The translations under genes and the position numbers were made by a program. Below the pieces are notes generated by a model. The model worked only from the letters and a program-made list of their open reading frames with translations, was not told the DNA's origin and did no database searches. From Candidatus Latescibacterota bacterium (GTDB lineage: Bacteria; Latescibacterota; UBA2968; UBA8231): a stretch of DNA of 64,000 nucleotides. The stretch covers positions 3,328,001-3,392,000 of the forward strand of contig OZ241889.1 of assembly GCA_965203355.1 (NCBI GenBank), read 5' to 3'. This document shows, piece by piece, positions 26,358 to 36,096 of this stretch. The first letter of the stretch is position 1; each line of letters starts with the position of its first letter.

Positions 26358-28298
26358 ATGTCTTCATTGCCACCCCAGCCGCCCACCTTTTCCCTGCGCG
26401 CTGTCCTCACCGGCCTGCTCCTCGTCGGAGCAATCAGCGTACTCAGCCCTTGGGGTATCCTCATCGTCAAGGGATCGCAAATCACCAGCAATGCCATCCC
26501 CCTCATCGCCGTTCTCTTCCTCTTTCTGCTGACGGCCGCGGCCCTGCCCCTGCTGAAGATGCTGGGCCGCGCCTGGGCCTTTTCCCGCGCCGAACTCATC
26601 GCGGTGTACGCCATGATGCTGGTCGGCTCGGTGGTGGTCACCACCGGCTTCACCGGCAGTTTCCTGTCGGTCATCACCGGAGCCGCGTACTACGCTACGC
26701 CGGAAAATGCTTGGCAGGAGCTTTTCGTCGAATACATCCATCCTTGGCTGGCTCCCACCGACGCCGAGGCCGTGCGCCTGTTCTACGAAGGGCTACCCCA
26801 AGGCAGCACCATACCATGGGCTGCTTGGACCCGCCCGCTAGTCGCTTGGCTCGGCTTTCTCTTCACCTTCTACTGGGTCCTCTTTTGCCTCGGCGTGCTG
26901 CTCCGAGGTCAGTGGGTGGCCAACGAGCGGCTCGGCTTCCCCCTCACTCGCCTGCCGCTTGCCATGCTCGAAGATGCGGACTCTCCGTCCTTTTTCGGCA
27001 ACTTGTTCAAAAACCGCCTGCTGTGGCTGGGCTTTGCCGTGCCGCTCTTGATCCACTCGTGGAACTCGCTCAACTACTACCACGACGCCTTCCAACCCAT
27101 CGCCCTCAACGGCAGCCTGTCCCTGCTGCAAGGCAGCGTCGGCCTGCCTTGGCGGATCAACCTGCCGATCTTGGGCCTAGCCTACCTGATGGCACTCAGC
27201 GTCTCCTTTAGCATCTGGTTTTTCTTTTTGTTCTACACCGTAGAAAAACTCGTTTTCGCCCGCATCGGCCTCGTCCTTGGCGGGAGCGATATCTGGACCT
27301 CGAGCGGCGGGTCGGTCCCGGTTTCCCATCAGCAGGCCGGCGGCCTTTTGGTGCTCGCCCTCTTCGTGCTTTGGACCGCCCGCTCCCACCTGCGCCGCCT
27401 GTGGCGCCAAGCACTAAAAGGCGCGCCCGCGCCCGGCGAACTCATGGCCCCGCGCACGGCCTTTGGCGGCCTAGCGGTCGGCGTGGCACTCATGGTCGCT
27501 TGGCTGACCCTCACCGGCCTCTCCCTGTACGCCGCCGTGCTGCTAGTGGTGGGAGCACTCATCGTCTTTATCGGCCTGTCGCGCATCGTCTGTGAGGCCG
27601 GCATCCCCGGCTGCCAGACGCCCATGGCCCCGCAGGCGTTTATCACCCGCGGCATAGGCCCCGAGCCCCTCGGCCTCGGCAACATGACCGGCTTGGGCCT
27701 GAGCACGGTGTGGATGGGCGAGACCGCGGCCAACATGATGAACGCAGTCATGCACAGCCTCAAGCTCACCTCCGGCGACTCGCCCGCGTCGCGCTGGCTG
27801 CCTTGGGCCTTGTTTGCCGCCATCGCCGTCGGCCTGTTCGGCTCGATCTGGTTCACCATGACCCTCGCCTACACCTACGGCGGCATCAACCTGCACGATT
27901 GGTACTTCAGCGGCGCACCGCGCTGGCCCTTCATTTACATGGCCTCGGTGTACAATGCGCCCGAGCCGTCGTTTGCCCCGCGCCTCGCCTTCACCGCCAG
28001 CGGGAGCTTCGTCATGGCCGCCCTGCTTTTTTTGCGCCAGCGCTTTGCGTGGTGGCCACTGCATCCGTTGGGTTTTCCCATCGCCTCCACCTTTACCATT
28101 GTTCACTACGGCTGGCTGTCCATCTTTTTAGCTTGGCTACTCAAGGCGACCATCCTGCGCTACGGCGGGGTGCGGGCCTACCGCGTCTTGCTGCCGTTCT
28201 TTTTGGGCCTGATCCTCGGCGATTTCACCACGGCTTGCCTGTGGCTTTTCATCGACGGAGCCTACGGCGTGGAGGGCAACATGATCTTCAACTTTTGA
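26358..28298 (+). CDS. DUF6785/DUF6784-type polytopic membrane protein (copy 1)
   Basis: FSRAELIAVY, YYATPENAW, QW..ERLGFPL, WWPLHPLG, LRYGG..PFFLGLILG; paralogous to 36097 and 53154 ORFs. Confidence 0.8.
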   Translation: MSSLPPQPPTFSLRAVLTGLLLVGAISVLSPWGILIVKGSQITSNAIPLIAVLFLFLLTAAALPLLKMLGRAWAFSRAELIAVYAMMLVGSVVVTTGFTGSFLSVITGAAYYATPENAWQELFVEYIHPWLAPTDAEAVRLFYEGLPQGSTIPWAAWTRPLVAWLGFLFTFYWVLFCLGVLLRGQWVANERLGFPLTRLPLAMLEDADSPSFFGNLFKNRLLWLGFAVPLLIHSWNSLNYYHDAFQPIALNGSLSLLQGSVGLPWRINLPILGLAYLMALSVSFSIWFFFLFYTVEKLVFARIGLVLGGSDIWTSSGGSVPVSHQQAGGLLVLALFVLWTARSHLRRLWRQALKGAPAPGELMAPRTAFGGLAVGVALMVAWLTLTGLSLYAAVLLVVGALIVFIGLSRIVCEAGIPGCQTPMAPQAFITRGIGPEPLGLGNMTGLGLSTVWMGETAANMMNAVMHSLKLTSGDSPASRWLPWALFAAIAVGLFGSIWFTMTLAYTYGGINLHDWYFSGAPRWPFIYMASVYNAPEPSFAPRLAFTASGSFVMAALLFLRQRFAWWPLHPLGFPIASTFTIVHYGWLSIFLAWLLKATILRYGGVRAYRVLLPFFLGLILGDFTTACLWLFIDGAYGVEGNMIFNF

Positions 28299-28381
28299 TT
28301 TGGCCCCGTAATATACAGGTAATTTGACTCAACAAGCCAAATGCCAGACACTTGGCACGGATTTAAGCCAAAGGAGCCCCC

Positions 28382-28696
28382 ATGATCCGCAAAGCCTTTG
28401 TCATGCAGGTTAATCCCGACCAACACGCCGAATACGAAAAGCGCCACAACCCCATCTGGCCCGAGCTGGAGCAGACCCTCGTGGAACACGGCGTCCACAA
28501 CTATTCCATCTTCCTCAATGCAGACACCCACCAACTTTTTGCCTACGTGGAAATTGAAGACGAGGCGCGCTGGCATCGCATCGCCGAGACGCCGGCCTGC
28601 CGCCGGTGGTGGGCCTACATGAAGGACATCATGGCCACCAACCCGGACGACAGCCCCCGCGCCCAAGACCTGCGCGAGGTATTCCACATCGACTGA
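28382..28696 (+). CDS. rhaM: L-rhamnose mutarotase
   Basis: [50 protein letters not shown]. Confidence 0.95.
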   Translation: MIRKAFVMQVNPDQHAEYEKRHNPIWPELEQTLVEHGVHNYSIFLNADTHQLFAYVEIEDEARWHRIAETPACRRWWAYMKDIMATNPDDSPRAQDLREVFHID

Positions 28697-28742
28697 GCGG
28701 GCGATAAGGGCAAACTTCGCTGCGGAAATGGCCTGAAAAACC

Positions 28743-30086
28743 ATGCACATTTTGGTCATCGGTGCCGGCGCTATCGGCTTCCAGTTGAGCAAGCAACTGA
28801 GCCAAGACGGGCACGATATTACCCAGATTGACACCGATCCCAGCCGCGTCAAGCGCGTCAGCGAACAGCTCGACATCATCGTGGCCGAGGGCAATGGCAC
28901 CAGTTTGCGGGACTTGCGCGGGCTCGGCATTGAGCAGGTGGATCTCGTCGCCGCCATGACCACCAACGACGAGGTCAATTTGCTCGCCTGTAGAATGGCC
29001 AAGAAGCTAGGCGTCCCAGCGGCCATCGCCCGCATCCGCAATCCCGAGTTCACCGCCCCGGACTTTATCTTCAGCCCCCAAGAGCTTGGCATCGATCAGT
29101 TCATTCACCCGGAAAAAGAAACCGCCGACGCCATCGTCCGCCTCATCCGCCAGTCCAGTGCCACCGATCTAGTCGAGTTCGCCGAGGGCAAACTCGTCCT
29201 GCTTGGCATGCGTTTGGACCCCCAGTCCTCCCTACTCCACGCGCCCTTGAGCAAACTAGGGCAGCAGTTTGCCGACATTCCCATGCGCATCGTCGCCATC
29301 CAGCGCAAGCAGCAGACCTTGATCCCGCGAGGCAACACCACGCTGCTGCCAGAGGACCGGATTTTCGTCATCAGCGATCCCGACTTCATTCCCTCGGTGA
29401 TCACCTTGACCGGCCTAGTCGACCACCGCATCAACGACATCGCGATTCTCGGCGGCGGCCTCATCGGTCAATTCGTCGCCCAAGCGCTCTCCTCGCAGAT
29501 GCGCGTCAAACTCATCGAAAGCCAAGCCGAAAAATCTCGGCAAATCGCCGACCACCTCGCCAACGTCCTGGTCATCCAAGGCGACGGCACGGACTACGAC
29601 CTGTTGGCTGTCGAGGGCCTCTCCGACATGGACGCCTTCATCGCCGTCACGGGCAATGACGAGGTCAACATCATCTCGACGCTGGTGGCCAAGCACCTCG
29701 AAGTACCGCGCGCCATCGCCTTGGTAAATAACGTCGATTACATGCCCATCACCCCGGCCATCGGCCTCGACTCGGTGTTGAGCAAACAGCTCCTGACCGT
29801 CAACGCCGTCCAGCACTACGTGCGGCACCAGCGCGTCGCCTCCATCGCCAGCCTGCCCGGCCTCGACGTGGAAGCCGTCGAGTACATCGCCCACGGCGGC
29901 AGCAAAATAACCCAAAAACCCCTCGTCTCCATCCGCTTGCCGCCGGATTCGATCATCGGCGCGGTCGTCCACGGCGATCGCGTGGTCATCCCGCGCGGCG
30001 AGACGCGCATCCAGCCCGGCGACAAAGCCGTGGTTTTCGCCCGGCACTACGTCCACGCGGAAGTGACAAAGATCTTCGGGGGATAA
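28743..30086 (+). CDS. trkA: Trk K+ uptake NAD-binding subunit
   Basis: Two RCK units (IGAGAIG; ILGGGLIG), 447 aa, upstream of trkH. Confidence 0.93.
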   Translation: MHILVIGAGAIGFQLSKQLSQDGHDITQIDTDPSRVKRVSEQLDIIVAEGNGTSLRDLRGLGIEQVDLVAAMTTNDEVNLLACRMAKKLGVPAAIARIRNPEFTAPDFIFSPQELGIDQFIHPEKETADAIVRLIRQSSATDLVEFAEGKLVLLGMRLDPQSSLLHAPLSKLGQQFADIPMRIVAIQRKQQTLIPRGNTTLLPEDRIFVISDPDFIPSVITLTGLVDHRINDIAILGGGLIGQFVAQALSSQMRVKLIESQAEKSRQIADHLANVLVIQGDGTDYDLLAVEGLSDMDAFIAVTGNDEVNIISTLVAKHLEVPRAIALVNNVDYMPITPAIGLDSVLSKQLLTVNAVQHYVRHQRVASIASLPGLDVEAVEYIAHGGSKITQKPLVSIRLPPDSIIGAVVHGDRVVIPRGETRIQPGDKAVVFARHYVHAEVTKIFGG

Positions 30087-30096
30087 ACAGGCGCGC

Positions 30097-31545
30097 ATGC
30101 ACATCGCCGTTGCATTTCGGGTACTGGGCATTCTGCTGACGCTTTTCAGCGTTACCATGCTAGTACCCGCTGGCGTATCCCTCCTCTACCGCGACGGAGC
30201 GGCCCATGCCTTTCTGTTGGCCTTTGCCATCACGCTCGGCACCGGGCTGGCGTGCTGGCTACCTCTACGCAAGCAACACGCCGAATTGCGGATCCGCGAC
30301 GGCTTTTTGATAACGGTCTTGTTCTGGGTTGTCTTGGGCTTTTACGGCTCTTTTCCGCTGGTGTTGTCCGACCAGCCGCACCTGAGCTTTACCGACGCCG
30401 TATTCGAATCCCTGTCGGGCTTGACCACGACCGGGGCCACGGTCATCCAAGGGCTAGACGACCTGCCCCGTTCCATTTTATTGTACCGCCAGCAACTCCA
30501 GTGGTTGGGCGGCATGGGCATCATCGTCCTCGCCATTGCCGTATTGCCCATGCTCGGCATCGGCGGCATGCAGCTTTTTCGCGCCGAGATCACCGGCCCC
30601 ATCAAGGATTCCAAGCTGACGCCGAGGATCACCCAGACCGCCAAGGCCCTTTGGTACATCTACTTGAGCCTAACCGCAGCCTGTGCTGCGGCCTATTGGC
30701 TGGCCGGCATGGAACCTTTCGACGCCATCGCCCACAGCTTCTCAACGGTTGCCATCGGCGGTTTTTCAACCCACGACGCCAGTATCGGCTTTTTTAACAA
30801 CCCAGCCATCGAGCTGGTCGCCGTCTTTTTCATGGTATTATCGGGTATCAGCTTCGCGTTGCACTTCTACGCCTTTCGCCAGCGGTCCCTGCATCCGTAC
30901 CGCACCGACCCCGAGTGCGGCACTTACCTAGTCATTTTGCTAATCACCATCCTAATCGCTTGGCTGATCCTCTTTACGCACGACGAGCACGACGCTGTCG
31001 CGTCCCTGCGCTACGGCCTCTTTGCCACCGCCTCCATTGTCACCACCACCGGGTTCAGCATTGCCGACCATTCGATCTGGCCGAGCGTACTGCCATTTTT
31101 GTTGTTCCTCGGCTCCTTCGTCGGTGGCTGCGCTGGCTCGACGGCCGGAGGCATAAAAGTGATGCGTCTGTTGCTCATTCTAAAGCAAGGCAGCCGAGAA
31201 ATCACGCGCCTGATCCATCCCAACGCCGTCCTCCCCATCAAGGTGGGGCAACGGGCTGTTCCCGATCGGGTCATGGAAGCGGTGTGGGGGTTTTTCTCGG
31301 TGTACGTGTTGATGTTCACGATCATGTTCCTCGCCGTGCTCGCCACCGATTTAGACTTTACTACTTCCTTTTCAGCGGTAGCCGCCTGCATCAATAACTT
31401 AGGACCGGGCCTCGGGGAAGTGGCTCTGCACTATGGCGACATCAGTTCGGTCGCCAAGTGGATCCTGTGCTTTGCCATGCTGATTGGGCGGCTGGAGGTT
31501 TTTACGCTCTTGGTGCTGTTCAGTCCGGCGTTTTGGCGCAAGTAG
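30097..31545 (+). CDS. trkH: Trk K+ uptake membrane subunit
   Basis: FESLSGLTTTGAT, QWLGGMGII, GGCAGSTAGGIK, NNLGPG, GRLEVF. Confidence 0.96.
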   Translation: MHIAVAFRVLGILLTLFSVTMLVPAGVSLLYRDGAAHAFLLAFAITLGTGLACWLPLRKQHAELRIRDGFLITVLFWVVLGFYGSFPLVLSDQPHLSFTDAVFESLSGLTTTGATVIQGLDDLPRSILLYRQQLQWLGGMGIIVLAIAVLPMLGIGGMQLFRAEITGPIKDSKLTPRITQTAKALWYIYLSLTAACAAAYWLAGMEPFDAIAHSFSTVAIGGFSTHDASIGFFNNPAIELVAVFFMVLSGISFALHFYAFRQRSLHPYRTDPECGTYLVILLITILIAWLILFTHDEHDAVASLRYGLFATASIVTTTGFSIADHSIWPSVLPFLLFLGSFVGGCAGSTAGGIKVMRLLLILKQGSREITRLIHPNAVLPIKVGQRAVPDRVMEAVWGFFSVYVLMFTIMFLAVLATDLDFTTSFSAVAACINNLGPGLGEVALHYGDISSVAKWILCFAMLIGRLEVFTLLVLFSPAFWRK

Positions 31546-31583
31546 CGAGTGCGACCGTAGCGCGAAACCAGACGGTGGATGAC

Positions 31584-32441
31584 ATGAGAGACAAAACGCC
31601 GATAGTTATTTCCCTCACCAAGCAGGAAACAGAATCGCAGTGCATGAGTCCCGAGCCGCTCAATCAGGCGGTGGAAGCGATCCGGCGGGACGGGTGTGTC
31701 GTCATCGAAAACGCGGTTCCCCATGATCCGCTCGATATGCTCCGGGAGAAGATGGATCAGGATTCCAAGGTCTTGATCGCTCGGGCGCTGTGGGGCGGAG
31801 CCGGCGGTATCAAAGGTCACCTGCAACAGGGACCGCCTCCGTTTGCTCCCTTTGTCTTTCGCGAGATTGTCGCCAATCCGTTTGCGATTCAAGTCAACAC
31901 CGCCCTCTTAGGCGAGGGAATCTTCAACAGCTTTTTCAACGGGAACACCAATTGTCCCGGCAGCGGCACCCAACCGTTGCATCGGGACGCGCCTCATCTA
32001 TGGCCCGGTCACGCGCCGGCCCACCCGACCGCGTGCGTGGTGGTGAACATCTCTCCGCACGATGTGACCGAAGAAAACGGGGCGGTGGAGCTGTGGCCGG
32101 GGACGCATCTACACACTTTCCCGGCCACAGTGATCGACGAGAAAACCGAAGCGGCGCAAAGGAAGGTTGCTCCCCCCGTAAGCGGGTGCGCGAAAAAGGG
32201 CAGCGTACTCATTCGGGACATTAGGCTCTGGCATCGAGGGGTTCCGAATCGCTCGGCTCGGCCGCGGCATATGATCGCGCAGGTTCAATGTATCTCTTGG
32301 TACAGGAATCGCGGACCGCTGATGTTCAACACCGGTTGCGAAAGGGCCTTTCCCGATGATTGCGGTCTAAATCACAATGCGGAATTCATTGAAGAGCCGA
32401 TTGATTATCTATTGCTCAATCGGTCGGGGGACAAAAAGTAG
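31584..32441 (+). CDS. Phytanoyl-CoA dioxygenase (PhyH) family Fe(II)/2OG enzyme
   Basis: QPLHRD, ENGAVELWPGTH, RLWHRGVPN. Confidence 0.85.
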   Translation: MRDKTPIVISLTKQETESQCMSPEPLNQAVEAIRRDGCVVIENAVPHDPLDMLREKMDQDSKVLIARALWGGAGGIKGHLQQGPPPFAPFVFREIVANPFAIQVNTALLGEGIFNSFFNGNTNCPGSGTQPLHRDAPHLWPGHAPAHPTACVVVNISPHDVTEENGAVELWPGTHLHTFPATVIDEKTEAAQRKVAPPVSGCAKKGSVLIRDIRLWHRGVPNRSARPRHMIAQVQCISWYRNRGPLMFNTGCERAFPDDCGLNHNAEFIEEPIDYLLLNRSGDKK

Positions 32442-32494
32442 CGAGCGGCGACTCGGCGCGATACCGCCCCGGGCCGTCCAAGCTGGTATTAATT

Positions 32495-33151
32495 TCAGCC
32501 GCCAAAATTATAGGACACAGCCAGTTTCAGCCGCCGTCCCTTGGGGTCGTGGGTGAAGCCGTCATACGCTTGCTCAATGTTCACCAGCGGCGGCCGAGTG
32601 CCGAGCAGGTTCATCCCGGACAGCGCGATGTGGACGCCTTCGGACACGTCCCAGAGAAAGCTCACATCCCAAGTGGCAAACGAGTCAATGGTGCCGAATA
32701 GCTCTCTAACTTTCTCTGTATCGGAAGCCATCGATCCCCGGTCTTTGTACGACGAAATGTAGTTCAAAAAGCTCACGAGGCGGTAGCCTTCCCAGTGATA
32801 GCCCGCCGACACCCGCCCCTTCAATCTCGGCAGCGAAGTCGCAATGGGATTGCCAAAGTTTAGATAGCCGGCCGCGTCTGTTCCCTCTTGCAATACTAGA
32901 TTGCCAAACATCAGAGCCTTCGTCCGGTACTCCAACGTGTACGTAGCATCCAAGCCGAGCGAAAATTCCCCGGCGCCAGCCGCCGTGCGCCCACCCAAAT
33001 GCAAATCAATGCCCGAGGTCTTGACCCCTGGCCAATTGATGATATCAACTTGCACTCGCTCGAGTTCGGAGGCCGCGCACGTGCCCGTGCCGACCCCGTC
33101 TGGGCAGACAATGAACTGCTTCAGGGCCTCCTTATTCGCTTCGTCGGCATA
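32495..33151 (-). pseudogene. 3' fragment of a TonB-dependent receptor gene truncated at the IS end
   Basis: VKTSGIDL, TWDVSF, NLLGTRPP, PKGRRLKLAVSYNF barrel C-terminus; frame stays open up to IS boundary, no 5' half beyond the IS. Confidence 0.8.
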
Positions 33152-33154
33152 TAA

Positions 33155-34082
33155 GAAGCGTTTTTAAAATTCATTTTTTTTAGCGATTCGCTTGAGTATC
33201 AAATGGATCATCGCGATTTGGATAAAGGCTTCACTATTGCAAGTTAGGTGCTCGTAGTCTTTGGCATGGACTCGATAGTTGAGTAGCCAAGCAAACGTTC
33301 GTTCGACGACCCAACGACGAGGGAGCACCTCAAAGCCGGAGCCTTGTCTGGATACGACTTCAAGGTCTATTTTGTGCGTTTTTTTTTTGAGCCACCCATT
33401 GCCTAAGCGGCGCGCCTTTATAGGCTCCATCCACCCACAGCTTGCGTAACCTTTGTACCGTGGGTGAAAAGTAGGTTTTCAACAAGGTCTTCAAGCCGTC
33501 GGCATCCGAGGTCGAAGCAGCGGTCACCACACACTCAATCAGACGACCCTCGGTGTCGACCAACAGATGGCGTTTGCGTCCTTTAACCTTCTTGCCGGCA
33601 TCGTATCCAACACTTTTACCTTGGGTGGCCGTGGTAACGCTCTGCGCGTCCACGATCCCCGCCGACGGGGTCGGTGCCCGGCCGTGCTGGATGCGATCCT
33701 GCCTGGTTAGGGCGTCGAGTATCTGTGGCCAAACCCCTTGTTGACGCCAGCGATTGAAGTAGCCATACACCGTTTGCCAAGGCCCAAAACACCGCGGCAG
33801 CATCGGCCAAGGACACCCGGTTTTAGCCCGATACAGTAGACCATTCATCACCAAACGCACCGCCCGAGGTGGCCGACCCGGACCCCCTTGACGCCAACGG
33901 CCCCGAGGCAGCAGACGAGCAAGTAACAGCCATTGTGCATCGGTCAAATCCGTCGCATATTCTACACCGGGCGTACCCATATATAACCCCCCTTTCAGGC
34001 TTTGTGATGAAACCTAAAGGTCGGTTCATGGGTACGTCCTTTCAAGGGAAAATCAACTAAAAGTGAATTTTAAAAAGGCTTC
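33155..34082 (-). mobile_element. IS5 family insertion sequence (IS1031-like), 928 bp
   Basis: 19-bp terminal inverted repeats GAAGC(G/C)TTTTTAAAATTCA (one mismatch); TAA on both flanks (33152-33154, 34083-34085). Confidence 0.92.
33164..33980 (-). pseudogene. IS5 family transposase split in two frames at an A10 run
   Basis: YATDLTDAQW, DAQS, GYDAGKKVKGRKRHLLVD in 33360-33980; [12 protein letters not shown] in 33164-33430; T10 at 33379-33388 on plus strand. Confidence 0.88.
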
Positions 34083-34293
34083 TAAGAGAAAATTTATAGG
34101 TGTTGTCTGAGTCGGGTTTTGGTGAAGAAAACAAGAGCGACAAAAAGGTCGCTATGGATAGATAAGAACCGTTTCGCATTTTTGCTCCTTCTCAATTAGA
34201 TATATAAATAGTGATAGCCTATTAGTTCGCTTTCGTCAAAGATGACCTCATTGATGACGTATGACGCCGCTGGTGTGGTAGGCCGCGGTTGGG

Positions 34294-34737
34294 TCAGAGC
34301 TTGATGACGGCGACGAGGACGCCGGTAATGGTCACTAACGTGCCCATCATCCACAGGAAATAGGTGTCCATGCGCTTGTGGACGGCGCGAATCTGCTCGC
34401 TCAAGTCGCGGTTGGTCTCGTCGATGCGCTTATTGGTTTCGTCGATGCGGTTGCCCAAGTCGCGGCTGGTCTCTTTGATGCTATCGTTCAATAAGCGGTT
34501 GGTCTCGTCGATGCGGTTGCCCAAGTCGCGGTTGGTCTCTTTGATGGCATCATTCAATAAGCAGTTGGTCTCGTCGATGCGGTTGTGGACGATTCCTATT
34601 TCGGTGCGTAGGGCTTGGATGTCGTCGTGCGATTGGGTGCGTAGGGCTTGGATGTCGTCGTGCAGATAGCTAATACTCCAAGGCATTTCTTCGGGGGCGG
34701 GGATCGCACGAGGTTGCGGGTCGACGCTTTTGCTCAT
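34294..34737 (-). CDS. Coiled-coil repeat protein with C-terminal TM anchor (DUF1640/CCDC90-like)
   Basis: AGGAG SD; repeats HDDIQALRT x2 and RIDETN x4; hydrophobic C-terminus. Confidence 0.75.
   Translation of the reverse strand: MSKSVDPQPRAIPAPEEMPWSISYLHDDIQALRTQSHDDIQALRTEIGIVHNRIDETNCLLNDAIKETNRDLGNRIDETNRLLNDSIKETSRDLGNRIDETNKRIDETNRDLSEQIRAVHKRMDTYFLWMMGTLVTITGVLVAVIKL
34405..34662. repeat. Intragenic tandem repeats (33-bp and 66-bp periods)
   Basis: GGTCTCGTCGATGCGGTTG-type units recur at 66-bp spacing; GTGCGTAGGGCTTGGATGTCGTCGTGC twice at 33-bp spacing. Confidence 0.8.
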
Positions 34738-34934
34738 GGCTACAGCTCCTGTGTCAGAAGAGGTTATTGAAATATAAACCGAGTGCTAACAAACACCAAC
34801 AAGTGGCTTGTTGTACATAGCAATATTGATGCCAGCGTCGATAGTCTGATAAAGCGGCTTGTGAGCGACGCCCACTGGGTCGAATCGCATCCATCAATGG
34901 ATACTAAAGGGCACTAAGAAGCACGTTGCGTTTC

Positions 34935-35987
34935 TTAGATCCACCCGTGCTGAGTGGTCACGGGCGCGCCGGAAGCTTGGGTCTGCCAATGCGGCTTGCG
35001 GCCGATTTTGACCTCGCGGCGGGTGAGAGACGAGGCTTCGGCGGCGAAGAGGATTTCCATGATGTGCCGCCCGTATTGGCCGTGGGTCGGCGGCTCGATG
35101 TTGTGCATAATGGCCTCGGCAAAACTCTTCCACTCGTGGTACATCTCGGTCGGCGCGTCCTCAAATGGGACGTCTGTCCACGTATCGCCCTGCCCTATTT
35201 TGACGTATTTCTCGCCGTGTTGGCTGAAGCGCAGCGAGCCGTTGGCGCAGATCACTTGGCATTCAAAGTTCGGCGCTCCGTCTGCGTATCCCACGGCAAC
35301 GGCCGTGCCGGCGAGGCCATTCTTGTAGCGGATAAAGGCTGTGGCCGAGTCGTCGCTGGCTTGGTAGTGAGCGCGAGTGCCAATGGCGGCCGAGACCGAC
35401 GCGGCTTGCGAAGCCATCACCCACGTGAGCCGATCGACGACGTGGACGCCGTTGGTCAACCACATGCCGCCGCCGTGAAAGCGACTGCGGTATTGGGGCC
35501 GACGGCCGGCAAAGTTCCAGTTTTTCGACATGTAGCTGACCGCCGTAATCACCGGGCCGAGTTGGCCGGAGTCGAGGATTTCCTTGGCCTTGAGGCTGGT
35601 GCTGTAAAAGTGTTGCGACAGCCCGACCATCAGCTTGACATTGTTCTCGGCGGCCGCGGCTACCATGGCATCGCATTGCGCTAGATCGATGGCCATGGGC
35701 TTTTCGACGAGGACGTGTTTGCCGGCGCGGCAGGCGTCGATGGTTAGCTGGTGGTGTAGCTGGTGGCCGAGCACGATGGCGACCGCATCGACGTCGGCGT
35801 CGGCCAAGAGTTCGCGGTGCGTTGAATAGCCCTTGGGGATGTGGTATTGGTCCATGTACTCGCGCCGCTTCTCGGCGAAGAGATCGGCGACTGCAACGAC
35901 TTCTACTGGGTCGAGTTGGGCGATTGCATCGCAGTGAGAGCGGGCGATGCCGCCGAGGCCAATGAGGCCGCCTTTGAGCGTTGTCAT
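34935..35987 (-). CDS. Gfo/Idh/MocA family oxidoreductase
   Basis: IGLGGIA, AGKHVLVEKP, GGGMWLTNGVH. Confidence 0.93.
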   Translation of the reverse strand: MTTLKGGLIGLGGIARSHCDAIAQLDPVEVVAVADLFAEKRREYMDQYHIPKGYSTHRELLADADVDAVAIVLGHQLHHQLTIDACRAGKHVLVEKPMAIDLAQCDAMVAAAAENNVKLMVGLSQHFYSTSLKAKEILDSGQLGPVITAVSYMSKNWNFAGRRPQYRSRFHGGGMWLTNGVHVVDRLTWVMASQAASVSAAIGTRAHYQASDDSATAFIRYKNGLAGTAVAVGYADGAPNFECQVICANGSLRFSQHGEKYVKIGQGDTWTDVPFEDAPTEMYHEWKSFAEAIMHNIEPPTHGQYGRHIMEILFAAEASSLTRREVKIGRKPHWQTQASGAPVTTQHGWI

Positions 35988-36096
35988 AGGATGTCCTTTA
36001 GTGTGAATGAGAAAATGCTAAGTATAGACGGCGGTTTGATCGGCGACAAATTAGCGCATGTTTGCACCAAAATAGATAATGCCCTAAGATGCCCTA

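Noticed and set aside
34405-34662. CRISPR-like periodic repeats
   Set aside because: Periods are multiples of three within a coiled-coil ORF and there are no unique spacers.
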